This document shows, one piece after another, positions 26,941 through 40,600 of a stretch of DNA of 64,000 bases (the first letter of the stretch is position 1; the number at the start of each line of letters is the position of its first letter). The stretch covers positions 1-64,000 of the forward strand of contig CAXHJY010000871.1 of the NCBI GenBank assembly GCA_964016885.1. The letters run 5' to 3'. Origin of the DNA: Eledone cirrhosa (lineage: Eukaryota). A program made the translations under genes and the position numbers. The notes under the pieces were generated by a model. It was not told the DNA's origin. It made no database searches and saw only the letters and a list, made by a program, of their open reading frames with translations.

Positions 26941-28229
26941 AGAGATAATTTTCAGCCGTCCAAGGAGAGGTAATTTCTAGCCGTCCAAGGGGAGATAATT
27001 TCCAGCCGTCCAAGGGGAGATAATTTCCAGCCGTCCAACGAGACATATTTTCCAGCCGTCCAAGGAGAGGTAATTTCTAGCCGTCCAAGGAGAGATAATT
27101 TCCAGCCGTCCAAGGGGAGATAAATTCCAGCCTCCAAGGGGAGATAATTTCCAGCCAGCCAAGGGGAGATAATTTGTAAAAAAATCAGGGGGAGATAATT
27201 TGTAAAAAAAATCAGGGGGAGATAATTTGTAAAGAAAAATCAGGGAAAGATAATTTGTAAAAAATAATCAGGGGGAGATAATTTGTAAAAAAAATCAAGG
27301 GGAGATAATTTCCAGCCGTCCAAGGGGAGATAATTTTCAGCCGTCCAAGGGGAGATAATTTCCCGCCAGCCAAGGGAAGATAATATTTAAAAAAATTAGG
27401 CGGAGATAATTTGTAAAAAAAATCAGGGGGAGATAATTTGTAAAAAAATCAGGTGGAGATAATTTGTAAAAAAAATCAGGGGGAGATAATTTGTAAAAAA
27501 AATCAAGGGGAGATAATTTCCAGCCGTCCAAGGGGAGGTAATATCTAGCCGTCCAAGGGGAGATAATTTCCAGCCGTCCAAGGGGAGATAATTTCCACCC
27601 GTCCAAGGGTAGATAATATCCAGCCGTCCAAGGAGAAATATTTTCCAGCCGTCCAAGGAGAGGTAATTTCTAGCCGTCCAAGGGGAGAAAATTTTAAAAA
27701 AAAAATCAGGCGGAGATAATTTGTAAAAAAAATCAAGGGGAGATAATTTGCAGCCGTCCAAGGGGAGATAATTATCAGTTGTCCAAGGAGAGGTAATTTC
27801 TAGCCGTCCAAGGGGAGATAATTTCCAGCCGTCCAAGGGGAGATAATTTCCAGCCGTCCAAGGGGAGATAATTTGTAAAAAAAATCAGGGGGAGATAATT
27901 TGTAAAAAAAAATCGGGGGGGATAATTTGTAAAAAAAAATCAGGGGGAGATAATTTGTAAAAAAAATCAAGCAGAGATAATTTCCAGCCGTCCAAGGGAA
28001 GATAATTTCCAGCCCTCCAAGGGGCTATAATTTCCAGTGTCCAAGGGGAGATAATTTCCAGCCAGCGAAGGGGAGATAATTTTTTTTTAAAAATCAGGGG
28101 GAGATTTGTAAAAAAAATCAGGGGGAGATAATTTGTAAAAAAAATCAAAGGGAGATAATTTCCAGCCGTCCAAAGAGAGATAATTTCTAGCCGTCCAAGG
28201 GGAGATAATTTCGAGCCAAGGGGAGATAA

Positions 28230-31200
28230 TTTCCAGCCGTCCAAGGGGAGATAATTTTTTAAAAAATCAGGTGGAGAAAATTTGTAAAAAAAATCAGGGG
28301 GAGATAATTTGTAAAAACAAAATCAAGGGCAGATAATTTCCAGCTGTCCAAGGGGAGATAATTTCCAGCCGTCCAAGGGGAGATAATTTCCAGCCGTCCA
28401 AGGGGAGATAATTTCCATCCTTCCAAGGGGATATAATTTCCAGCCGTCCAAGGGGAGATAATTTCCCGCCAGCCAAGGGAAGATAATTTTTAAAAAAATC
28501 AGGCGGAGATTGTAATAAATATCAGGGGGGACATAATTTGTAAAAAAATCAGGGGGAGATAATTTGTAAAAAAAAATCAGGGGGAGATAATTTGTAAAAA
28601 AAAATCAGGGGGAGATAATTTGTAAAAAAAAATCAGGAGGAGATAATTTGTAAAAAAAATTAGGCGTAGATAATTTGTAAAAAAAAATCAGGGGGAGATA
28701 ATTTGTAAGAAAAAATCAGGGGGAGATAATTTGTTAAAAAAATCAAGGGGAGATAATTTGCAGCCGTCCAAGGGGAGATAATTTTCAGCCGTCCAAGGAG
28801 AGGTAATTTCTAGCCGTCCAAGGGGAGATAATTTCCAGCCGTCCAAGGGGAGATAATTTCCAGCCGTCCAAGGGGAGATAATTTTAAAAAAAAAATCAGG
28901 CGGAGATAATTTGTAAAAAAAAATCAGGGGGAGATAATTCGTAAAAAAAAATCAGGGGGAGATAATTTGTAAAAAAAAATCAGGGGGAGATAATTTGTAA
29001 AAAAAAATCAAGGGGAGATACTTTCCAGCCGTCCAAGGGGAGGTAATATCTAGCCGTCCAAGGGGAGATAATTTCCAGCCGTCCAAGGGGAGATAATTTC
29101 CAGCCGTCCAAGGGGAGATAATTTCCAGCCGTCCAAGGAGACATATTATCCAGCCGTCCAAGGCGAGGTAATTTCTAGCCGTCCAAGGGGAGATAAATTC
29201 CAGCCTCCAAGGGGAGATAATTTCCAGCCGTCCAAGGGGAGATAATTTTCAGCCGTCCAAGGAGAGGTAATTTCTAGCCGTCCGAGGAGAGATAATTTCC
29301 AGCCGTCCAAGGGGAGATAATTTCCAGCCGTCCAAGGGGAGATAATTTCCAGCCGTCCAAGGAGACATATTTTCCAGCCGTCCAAGGAGAGGTAATTTCT
29401 AGCCGTACAAGGGGAGATAAATTCCAGCCTCCAAGGGGAGATAATTTCCAGCCAGCCAAGGGGAGATAATTTGTAAAAAAATCAGGGGGAGATAATTTGT
29501 AAAAAAAATCAGGGGGAGATAATTTGTAAAAAAAATCAGGGGGAGATAATTTGTAAAAAAATAATCAGGGGGAGATAATTTGTAAAAAAAATCAAGGGGA
29601 GATAATTTCCAGCCGTCCAAGGGGAGATAATTTTCAGTTGTCCAAGGAGAGGTAATTTCTAGCCGTCTAAGGGGAGATAATTTCCAGCCGTCCAAGGGGA
29701 GATAATTTCCAGCCGTCCAAGGGGAGATAATTTGTAAAAAAAATCAGAGGGACATAATTTGTAAAAAAAATCGGGGGGGATAATTTGTAAAAAAAAATCA
29801 GGGGGAGATAATTTGTAAAAAAAATCAAGCAGAGATAATTTCCAGCCGTCCAAGGGAAGATAATTTCCAGCCCTCCAAGGGGCTATAATTTCCAGTGTCC
29901 AAGGGGAGATAATTTCCAGCCAGCGAAGGGGAGATAATTTTTTTTAAAAAATCAGGGGGAGATTTGTAAAAAAAATCAGGGGGAGATAATTTGTAAAAAA
30001 AATCAAAGGGAGATAATTTCCAGCCGTCCAAAGAGAGATAATTTCTAGCCGTCCAAGGGGAGATAATTTCGAGCCAAGGGGAGATAATTTCCAGCCGTCC
30101 AAGGGGAGATAATTTTTTTAAAAATCAGGTGGAGATAATTTGTAAAAAAAATCAGGGGGAGATAATTTGTAAAAACAAAATCAAGGGCAGATAATTTCCA
30201 GCTGTCCAAGGGGAGATAATTTCCAGCCGTCCAAGGGGAGATAATTTCCAGCCGTCCAAGGGGAGATAATTTCCATCCTTCTAAGAGGATATAATTTCCA
30301 GCCGTCCAAGGGGAGATAATTTCCCGCCAGCCAAGGGAAGATAATTTTTTAAAAAATCAGGCGGAGATTGTAATAAAAATCAGGGGGAGATAATTTGTAA
30401 AAAAAAATCAGGGGGAGATAATTTGTAAAAAAAAATCAGGGGGAGATAATTTGTAAAAAAAAATCAGGGGGAGATAATTTGTAAGAAAAAATCAGGGGGA
30501 GATAATTTGTAAAAAAAAATCAGGGGGAGATAATTTGTAAAAAAAATTAGGCGTAGATAATTTGTAAAAAAAAATCAGGGGGAGATAATTTGTAAGAAAA
30601 AATCAGGGGGAAATAATTTGTTAAAAAAATCAAGGGGAGATAATTTGCAGCCGTCCAAGGGGAGATAATTTTCAGCCGTCCAAGGAGAGGTAATTTCTAG
30701 CCGTCCAAGGGGAGATAATTTCCAGCCGTCCAAGGGGAGATAATTTCCAACCGTCCAAGGGGAGATAATTTTAAAAAAAAAATCAGGCGGAGATAATTTG
30801 TAAAAAAAAATCAGGGGGAGATAATTCGTAAAAAAAAATCAGGGGGAGATTTGTAAAAAAAAATCAGGGGGAGATAATTTGTAAAAAAAAATCAAGGGGA
30901 GATAATTTCCAGCCGTCCAAGGGGAGGTAATATCTAGCCGTCCAAGGGGAGATAATTTCCAGCCGTCCAAGGGGAGATAATTTCCAGCCGTCCAAGGGGA
31001 GATAATTTCCAGCCGTCCAAGGAGACATATTATCCAGCCGTCCAAGGCGAGGTAATTTCTAGCCGTCCAAGGGGAGATAAATTCCAGCCTCCAAGGGGAG
31101 ATAATTTCCAGCCAGCCAAGGGGAGATAATTTGTAAAAAAATCTGGGGGAGATAATTTTTAAAAAAAATCAGGGGGAGATAATTTGTAAAAAAAAATCAG

Positions 31201-34200
31201 GGAAAGATAATTTGTAAAAAATAATCAGGGGGAGATAATTTGTAAAAAAAATCAAGGGGAGATAATTTGTAAAAAAAAATCAGGGGGAGATAATTTGTAA
31301 AAAATAATCAGGGGGAGATAATTTGTAAAAAAATCAAGGGGAGATAATTTCCAGCCGTCCAAGGGGAGATAATTTTTTAAAAAATCAGGTGGAGAAAATT
31401 TGTAAAAAAAATCAGGGGGAGATAATTTGTAAAAACAAAATCAAGGGCAGATAATTTCCAGCTGTCCAAGGGGAGATAATTTCCAGCCGTCCAAGGGGAG
31501 ATAATTTCCAGCCGTCCAAGGGGAGATAATTTCCATCCTTCCAAGGGGATATAATTTCCAGCCGTCCAAGGGGAGATAATTTCCCGCCAGCCAAGGGAAG
31601 ATAATTTTTAAAAAAATCAGGCGGAGATTGTAATAAATATCAGGGGGGACATAATTTGTAAAAAAATCAGGGGGAGATAATTTGTAAAAAAAAATCAGGG
31701 GGAGATAATTTGTAAAATAAAATCAGGGGGAGATAATTTGTAAAAAAAAATCAGGAGGAGATAATTTGTAAAAAAAATTAGGCGTAGATAATTTGTAAAA
31801 AAAAATCAGGGGGAGATAATTTGTAAGAAAAAATCAGGGGGAGATAATTTGTTAAAAAAATCAAGGGGAGATAATTTGCAGCCGTCCAAGGGGAGATAAT
31901 TTTCAGCCGTCCAAGGAGAGGTAATTTCTAGCCGTCCAAGGGGAGATAATTTCCAGCCGTCCAAGGGGAGATAATTTCCAGCCGTCCAAGGGGAGATAAT
32001 TTTAAAAAAAAAATCAGGCGGAGATAATTTGTAAAAAAAAATCAGGGGGAGATAATTCGTAAAAAAAAATCAGGGGGAGATAATTTGTAAAAAAAAATCA
32101 GGGGGAGATAATTTGTAAAAAAAAATCAAGGGGAGATACTTTCCAGCCGTCCAAGGGGAGGTAATATCTAGCCGTCCAAGGGGAGATAATTTCCAGCCGT
32201 CCAAGGGGAGATAATTTCCAGCCGTCCAAGGGGAGATAATTTCCAGCCGTCCAAGGAGACATATTATCCAGCCGTCCAAGGCGAGGTAATTTCTAGCCGT
32301 CCAAGGGGAGATAAATTCCAGCCTCCAAGGGGAGATAATTTCCAGCCAGCCAAGGGGAGATAATTTGTAAAAAATATCAGGGGGAGATAATTTGTAAAAA
32401 AAATCAGGGGGAGATAATTTGTAAAAAAAAATCAGGGGGAGATAATTTGTAAAAAAAATCAAGGGGAGATAATTTCCAGCCGTCCAAGGGGAGATAATTT
32501 TCAGCCGTCCAAGGAGAGGTAATTTCTAGCCGTCCGAGGAGAGATAATTTCCAGCCGTCCAAGGGGAGATAATTTCCAGCCGTCCAAGGGGAGATAATTT
32601 CCAGCCGTCCAAGGAGACATATTTTCCAGCCGTCCAAGGAGAGGTAATTTCTAGCCGTACAAGGGGAGATAAATTCCAGCCTCCAAGGGGAGATAATTTC
32701 CAGCCAGCCAAGGGGAGATAATTTGTAAAAAAATCAGGGGGAGATAATTTGTAAAAAAAATCAGGGGGAGATAATTTGTAAAAAAAATCAGGGGGAGATA
32801 ATTTGTAAAAAAATAATCAGGGGGAGGTAATTTGTAAAAAAAATCAAGGGGAGATAATTTCCAGCCGTCCAAGGGGAGATAATTTTCAGTTGTCCAAGGA
32901 GAGGTAATTTCTAGCCGTCCAAGGGGAGATAATTTCCAGCCGTCCAAGGGGAGATAATTTCCAGCCGTCCAAGGGGAGATAATTTGTAAAAAAAATCAGA
33001 GGGACATAATTTGTTAAAAAAATCGGGGGGGATAATTTGTAAAAAAAAATCAGGGGGAGATAATTTGTAAAAAAAATCAAGCAGAGATAATTTCCAGCCG
33101 TCCAAGGGAAGATAATTTCCAGCCCTCCAAGGGGCTATAATTTCCAGTGTCCAAGGGGAGATAATTTCCAGCCAGCGAAGGGGAGATAATTTTTTTTTAA
33201 AAATCAGGGGGAGATTTGTAAAAAAAATCAGGGGGAGATAATTTGTAAAAAAAATCAAAGGGAGATAATTTCCAGCCGTCCAAAGAGAGATAATTTCTAG
33301 CCGTCCAAGGGGAGATAATTTCGAGCCAAGGGGAGATAATTTCCAGCCGTCCAAGGGGAGATAATTTTTTTAAAAATCAGGTGGAGATAATTTGTAAAAA
33401 AAATCAGGGGGAGATAATTTGTAAAAACAAAATCAAGGGCAGATAATTTCCAGCTGTCCAAGGGGAGATAATTTCCAGCCGTCCAAGGGGAGATAATTTC
33501 CAGCCGTCCAAGGGGAGATAATTTCCATCTTTCCAAGAGGATATAATTTCCAGCCGTCCAAGGGGAGATAATTTCCCGCCAGCCAAGGGAAGATAATTTT
33601 TTAAAAAATCAGGCGGAGATTGTAATAAAAATCAGGGGGAGATAATTTGTAAAAAAAAATCAGGGGGAGATAATTTGTAAAAAAAAATCAGGGGGAGATA
33701 ATTTGTAAAAAAAAATCAGGGAGAGATAATTTGTAAGAAAAAATCAGGGGGAGATAATTTGTAAAAAAAAATCAGGGGGAGATAATTTGTAAAAAAAATT
33801 AGGCGTAGATAATTTGTAAAAAAAAATCAGGGGGAGATAATTTGTAAGAAAAAATCAGGGGGAAATAATTTGTTAAAAAAATCAAGGGGAGATAATTTGC
33901 AGCCGTCCAAGGGGAGATAATTTTCAGCCGTCCAAGGAGAGGTAATTTCTAGCCGTCCAAGGGGAGATAATTTCCAGCCGTCCAAGGGGAGATAATTTCC
34001 AACCGTCCAAGGGGAGATAATTTAAAAAAAAAAATCAGGCGGAGATAATTTGTAAAAAAAAATCAGGGGGAGATAATTCGTAAAAAAAAATCAGGGGGAG
34101 ATTTGTAAAAAAAAATCAGGGGGAGATAATTTGTAAAAAAAAATCAAGGGGAGATAATTTCCAGCCGTCCAAGGGGAGGTAATATCTAGCCGTCCAAGGG

Positions 34201-34620
34201 GAGATAATTTCCAGCCGTCCAAGGGGAGATAATTTCCAGCCGTCCAAGGGGAGATAATTTCCAGCCGTCCAAGGAGACATATTATCCAGCCGTCCAAGGC
34301 GAGGTAATTTCTAGCCGTCCAAGGGGAGATAAATTCCAGCCTCCAAGGGGAGATAATTTCCAGCCAGCCAAGGGGAGATAATTTGTAAAAAAATCTGGGG
34401 GAGATAATTTTTAAAAAAAATCAGGGGGAGATAATTTGTAAAAAAAAATCAGGGAAAGATAATTTGTAAAAAATAATCAGGGGGAGATAATTTGTAAAAA
34501 AAATCAAGGGGAGATAATTTGTAAAAAAAAATCAGGGGGAGATAATTTGTAAAAAATAATCAGGGGGAGATAATTTGTAAAAAAATCAAGGGGAGATAAT
34601 TTCCAGCCGTCCAAGGGGAG
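28230..34620. repeat. ~3.1-3.25-kb tandem higher-order duplication (~28230-31350 and ~31350-34620)
   Basis: Offsets of 3118 (28294->31412, 28952->32070), then 3252 (29274->32526, 30839->34091). Shared private variants: GGGGGGACATAA (~28525/~31643) and GGGGAAATAATTTGTT (~30607/~33859). Confidence 0.9.
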
Positions 34621-37600
34621 ATAATTTTCAGCCGTCCAAGGGGAGATAATTTCCCGCCAGCCAAGGGAAGATAATATTTAAAAAAATTAGGCGGAGATAA
34701 TTTGTAAAAAAAATCAGGGGGAGATAATTTGTAAAAAAATCAGGGGGAGATAATTTGTAAAAAAATCAGGGGTAGATAATTTGTAAAAAAAATCAAGGGG
34801 AGATAATTTCCAGCCGTCCAAGGGAAGATAATTTCCAGCCCTCCAAGGGGCTATAATTTCCAGCGTCCAAGGGGAGATAATTTCCAGCCAGCGAAGGGGA
34901 GATAATTTTTTTAAAAAAATCATTAGGACATTTGTAAAAAACATCAGGGGGAGATAATTTGTAAAAAAAATCAAGGGGAGATAATTTCCAGCCGTCCAAG
35001 GGGAGGTAATATCTAGCCGTCCAAGGGGAGATAATTTCCAGCCGTCCAAGGGGAGATAATTTCCAGCCGTCCAAGGGTAGATAATATCCAGCCGTCCAAG
35101 GACATATTTTCCAGCCGTCCAAGGAGAGGTAATTTCTAGCCGTCCAAGGGGAGATAAATTCCAGCCTCCAAGGGGAGATAGTTTCCAGCCAGCCAAGGGG
35201 AGATAATTTGTAAAAAAAATCAGGGGGAGATAATTTGTAAAAAAAAATCAGGGGGAGATAATTTGTAAAAAAAAATCAGGGGGAGATAATTTGTAAAAAA
35301 AAATCAGGGGGAGATAATTTGTAAAAAAATCAAGGGGAGATAATTTCCAGCCCTCCAAGGGGAGATAATTTTCAGCCGTCCAAGGGGAGATAATTTCCCG
35401 CCAGCCAAGGGAAGATAATATTTAAAAAAATTAGGCGGAGATAATTTGTAAAAAAAATCAGGGGGAGATAATTTGTAAAAAAATCAAGGGGAGATAATTT
35501 GCAGCCGTCCAAGGGGAGATAATTTTCAGCCGTCCAAGGAGAGGTAATTTCTAGCCGTCCAAGGGGAGATAAATTCCAGCCTCCAAGGGGAAATAATTTC
35601 CAGCCAGCCAAGGGGAGATAATTTGTAAAAAAATCAGGGGGAGATAATTTGTAAAAAATATCAGGGGGAGATAATTTGTAAATAAAAATCAGGGGGAGAT
35701 AATTTGTAAAAAAAAATCAGGGGGAGATAATTTGTAAAAAAAATCAAGGGGAGATAATTTCCAGCCGTCCAAGGGGAGATGATTTTCAGCCGTCCAAGGA
35801 GAGGTAATTTCTAGCCGTCCGAGGAGAGATAATTTCCAGCCGTCCAAGGGGAGATAATTTCCAGCCGTCCAAGGGGAGATAATTTCCAGCCGTCCAAGGA
35901 GACATATTTTCCAGCCGTCCAAGGAGAGGTAATTTCTAGCCGTACAAGGGGAGATAAATTCCAGCCGTCCAAGGGGAGATAATTTAAAAAAAAAAATCAG
36001 GCGGAGATAATTTGTAAAAAAAAATCAGGGGGAGATAATTCGTAAAAAAAAATCAGGGGGAGATAATTTGTAAAAAAATCAGGGGGAGATAATTTGTAAA
36101 AAAAAATCAAGGGGAGATAATTTCCAGCCGTCCAAGGGGAGGTAATATCTAGCCGTCCAAGGGGAGATAATTTCCAGCCGTCCAAGGGGAGATAATTTCC
36201 AGCCGTCCAAGGGGAGATAATTTCCAGCCGTCCAAGGAGACATATTATCCAGCCGTCCAAGGCGAGGTAATTTCTAGCCGTCCAAGGGGAGATAAATTCC
36301 AGCCTCCAAGGGGAGATAATTTCCAGCCAGCCAAGGGGAGATAATTTGTAAAAAATATCAGGGGGAGATAATTTGTAAAAAAAATCAGGGGGAGATAATT
36401 TGTAAATAAAAATCAGGGGGAGATAATTTGTAAAAAAAATCAAGGGGAGATAATTTCCAGCCGTCCAAGGGGAGATAATTTTCAGCCGTCCAAGGAGAGG
36501 TAATTTCTAGCCGTCCGAGGAGAGATAATTTCCAGCCGTCCAAGGGGAGATAATTTCCAGCCGTCCAAGGGGAGATAATTTCCAGCCGTCCAAGGAGACA
36601 TATTTTCCAGCCGTCCAAGGAGAGGTAATTTCTAGCCGTACAAGGGGAGATAAATTCCAGCCTCCAAGGGGAGATAATTTCCAGCCAGCCAAGGGGAGAT
36701 AATTTGTAAAAAAATCAGGGGGAGATAATTTGTAAAAAAAATCAGGGGGAGATAATTTGTAAAAAAAAATCAGGGGGAGATAATTTGTAAAAAAATAATC
36801 AGGGGGAGATAATTTGTAAAAAAAATCAAGGGGAGATAATTTCCAGCCGTCCAAGGGGAGATAATTTTCAGCCGTCCAATGAGAGGTAATTTCTAGCCGT
36901 CCAAGGGGAGATAATTTCCAGCCGTCCAAGGGGAGGTAATTTCCAGCCGTCCAAGGGGAGATAATTTTTAAAAAAAAATCAGGCGGAGATAATTTGTAAA
37001 AAAAATCAAGGGGAGATAATTTGCAGCCGTCCAAGGGGAGATAATTTTCAGTTGTCCAAGGAGAGGTAATTTCTAGCCGTCCAAGGGGAGATAATTTCCA
37101 GCCGTCCAAGGGGAGATAATTTCCAGCCGTCCAAGGGGAGATAATTTGTAAAAAAATCAGAGGGACATAATTTTTTAAAAAAATCGGGGGGGATAATTTG
37201 TAAAAAAAAATCAGGGGGAGATAATTTGTAAAAAAAATCAAGCAGAGATAATTTCCAGCCGTCCAAGGGAAGATAATTTCCAGCCCTCCAAGGGGCTATA
37301 ATTTCCAGTGTCCAAGGGGAGATAATTTCCAGCCAGCGAAGGGGAGATAATTTTTTTTAAAAAATCAGGGGGAGATTTGTAAAAAAATCAGGGGGAGATA
37401 ATTTGTAAAAAAAATCAAATGGAGATAATTTCCAGCCGTCCAAAGAGAGATAATTTCTAGCCGTCCAAGGGGAGATAATTTCGAGCCAAGGGGAGATAAT
37501 TTCCAGCCGTCCAAGGGGAGATAATTTTTTTAAAAATCAGGTGGAGATAATTTGTAAAAAAAATCAGGGGGAGATAATTTGTAAAAACAAAATCAAGGGC

Positions 37601-40600
37601 AGATAATTTCCAGCTGTCCAAGGGGAGATAATTTCCAGCCGTCCAAGGGGAGATAATTTCCAGCCGTCCAAGGGGAGATAATTTCCATCCTTCCAAGAGG
37701 ATATAATTTCCAGCCGTCCAAGGGGAGATAATTTCCCGCCAGCCAAGGGAAGATAATTTTTAAAAAAATCAGGCGGAGATTGTAATAAAAATCAGGGGGA
37801 GATAATTTGTAAAAAAAAATCAGGGGGAGGTAATTTGTAAAAAAAAATCAGGGGGAGATAATTTGTAAAAAAAATTAGGCGTAGATAATTTGTAAAAAAA
37901 AATCAGGGGGAGATAATTTGTAAGAAAAAATCAGGGGGAGATAATTTGTTAAAAAAATCAAGGGGAGATAATTTGCAGCCGTCCAAGGGGAGATAATTTT
38001 CAGCCGTCCAAGGAGAGGTAATTTCTAGCCGTCCAAGGGGAGATAATTTCCAGCCGTCCAAGGGGAGATAATTTCCAACCGTCCAAGGGGAGATAATTTT
38101 AAAAAAAAATCAGGCGGAGATAATTTGTAAAAAAAAATCAGTGGGAGATAATTCGTAAAAAAAAATCAGGGGGAGATTTGTAAAAAAAAATCAGGGGGAG
38201 ATAATTTGTAAAAAAAAATCAAGGGGAGATAATTTCCAGCCGTCCAAGGGGAGGTAATATCTAGCCGTCCAAGGGGAGATAATTTCCAGCCGTCCAAGGG
38301 GAGATAATTTCCAGCCGTCCAAGGGGAGATAATTTCCAGCCGTCCAAGGAGACATATTATCCAGCCGTCCAAGGCGAGGTAATTTCTAGCCGTCCAAGGG
38401 GAGATAAATTCCAGCCTCCAAGGGGAAATAATTTACAGCCAGCCAAGGGGAGATAATTTGTAAAAAAATCAGGGGGAGATAATTTGTAAAAAAAATCAGG
38501 GGGAGATAATTTGTAAAAAAAATCAGGGGGAGATAATTTGTAAAAAATAATCAGAGGGAGATAATTTTTAAAAAAAATCAAGGGGAGATAATTTCCAGCC
38601 GTCCAAGGGGAGATAATTTTCAGCCGTCCAAGGGGAGATAATTTCCCGCCAGCCAAGGAAAGATAATATTTAAAAAAATTAGGCGGAGATAATTTGTAAA
38701 AAAAATCAGGGGGAGATAATTTGTAAAAAAAAATCAGGGGTAGATAATTTGTAAAAAAAAATCAGGGGGAGATAATTTGTAAAAAAAAATCAGGGGGAGA
38801 TAATTTGTAAAAAAATCAAGGGGAGATAATTTCCAGCCGTCCAATGAGAGATAATTTAAAAAAAAAATCAGCGGCAGATAATTTGTAAAAAAAATCAAAG
38901 GGAGATAATTTCCAGCCGTCCAAATAGAGATAATTTCTAGCCGTCCAAGGGGAGATAATTTCCAGCCAAGGAGAGATAATTTACTGCCGTCCAAGGGGAG
39001 ATAATTTTTTAAAAAATCAGGTGGAGATAATTTGTAAAAAAAATCAGGGGGAGATAATTTGTAAAAACAAAATCAAGGGCAGATAATTTCCAGCTGTCCA
39101 AGGGGAGATAATTTCCAGCCGTCCAAGGGGAGATAATTTCCAGCCGTCCAAGGGGAGATAATTTCCATCCTTCCAAGGGGATAGAATTTCCAGCCGTCCA
39201 AGGGGAGATAATTTCCCGCCAGCCAAGGGAAGATAATTTTTTAAAAAATCAGGCGGAGATTGTAAAAAAAAATCAGGGGGGAGATAATTTGTAAAAAAAA
39301 ATCAGGGGGAGATAATTTGTAAAAAAAAAATCAGGGGGAGATAATTTGTAAAAAAAAATCAGGGGGAGATAATTTGTAAAAAAAATTAGGCGTAGATAAT
39401 TTGTAAAAAAAAATCAGGGGGTGATAATTTGTAAAAAAAATCAGGGGGAGATAATTTGTTAAAAAAATCAAGGGGAGATAATTTGCAGCCGTCCAAGGGG
39501 AGATAATTTTCAGCCGTCCAAGGAGAGGTAATTTCTAGCCGTCCAAGGGGAGATAATTTCCAGCCGTCCAAGAGGAGATAATTTCCAGCCGTCCAAGGGG
39601 AGATCATTTTTTTAAAAAAATCAGGCGGAGATAGTTTGTAAAAAAAAATCAGGGGGAGATAATTCGTAAAAAAAATTCAGGGGGAGATAATTTGTAAAAA
39701 AAATTAGGGGGAGATAATTTGTAAAAAAAATCAAGGGGAGATAATTTCCAGCCGTCCAAGGGGAGGTAATATCTAGCCGTCCAAGGGGAGATAATTTCCA
39801 GCCGTCCAAGGGGAGATAATTTCCAGCCGTCCAAGGGGAGATAATTTCCAGCCGTCCAAGGAGACATATTTTCTAGCCGTCCAAGGAGAGGTAATTTCTA
39901 GCCGTCCAAGGGGAGATAAATTCCAGCCTCCAAGGGGAGATAATTTCCAGCCAGCCAAGGGGAGATAATTTGTAAAAAAATCAGGGGGAGATAATTTGTA
40001 AAAAATATCAGGGGGAGATAATTTGTAAAAAAAAATCAGGGGGAGATAATTTGTAAAAAAAAATCAGGGGGAGATAATTTGTATAAAAAAATCAGGGGGA
40101 GATAATTTGTAACAAAAATCAAGGGGAGATAATTTCCAGCCGTCCAAGGAGAGATAATTTTCAGCCGTCCAAGGAGAGGTAATTTCTAGCCGTCCAAGGA
40201 GAGATAATTTCCAGCCGTCCAAGGGGAGATAATTTCCAGCCGTCCAAGGGGAGATAATTTCCAGCCGTCCAACGAGACATATTTTCCAGCCGTCCAAGGA
40301 GAGGTAATTTCTAGCCGTCCAAGGAGAGATAATTTCCAGCCGTCCAAGGGGAGATAAATTCCAGCCTCCAAGGGGAGATAATTTCCAGCCAGCCAAGGGG
40401 AGATAATTTGTAAAAAAATCAGGGGGAGATAATTTTTAAAAAAAATCAGGGGGAGATAATTTGTAAAAAAAAATCAGGGAAAGATAATTTGTAAAAAATA
40501 ATCAGGGGGAGATAATTTGTAAAAAAAATCAAGGGGAGATAATTTCCAGCCGTCCAAGGGGAGATAATTTTCAGCCGTCCAAGGGGAGATAATTTCCCGC

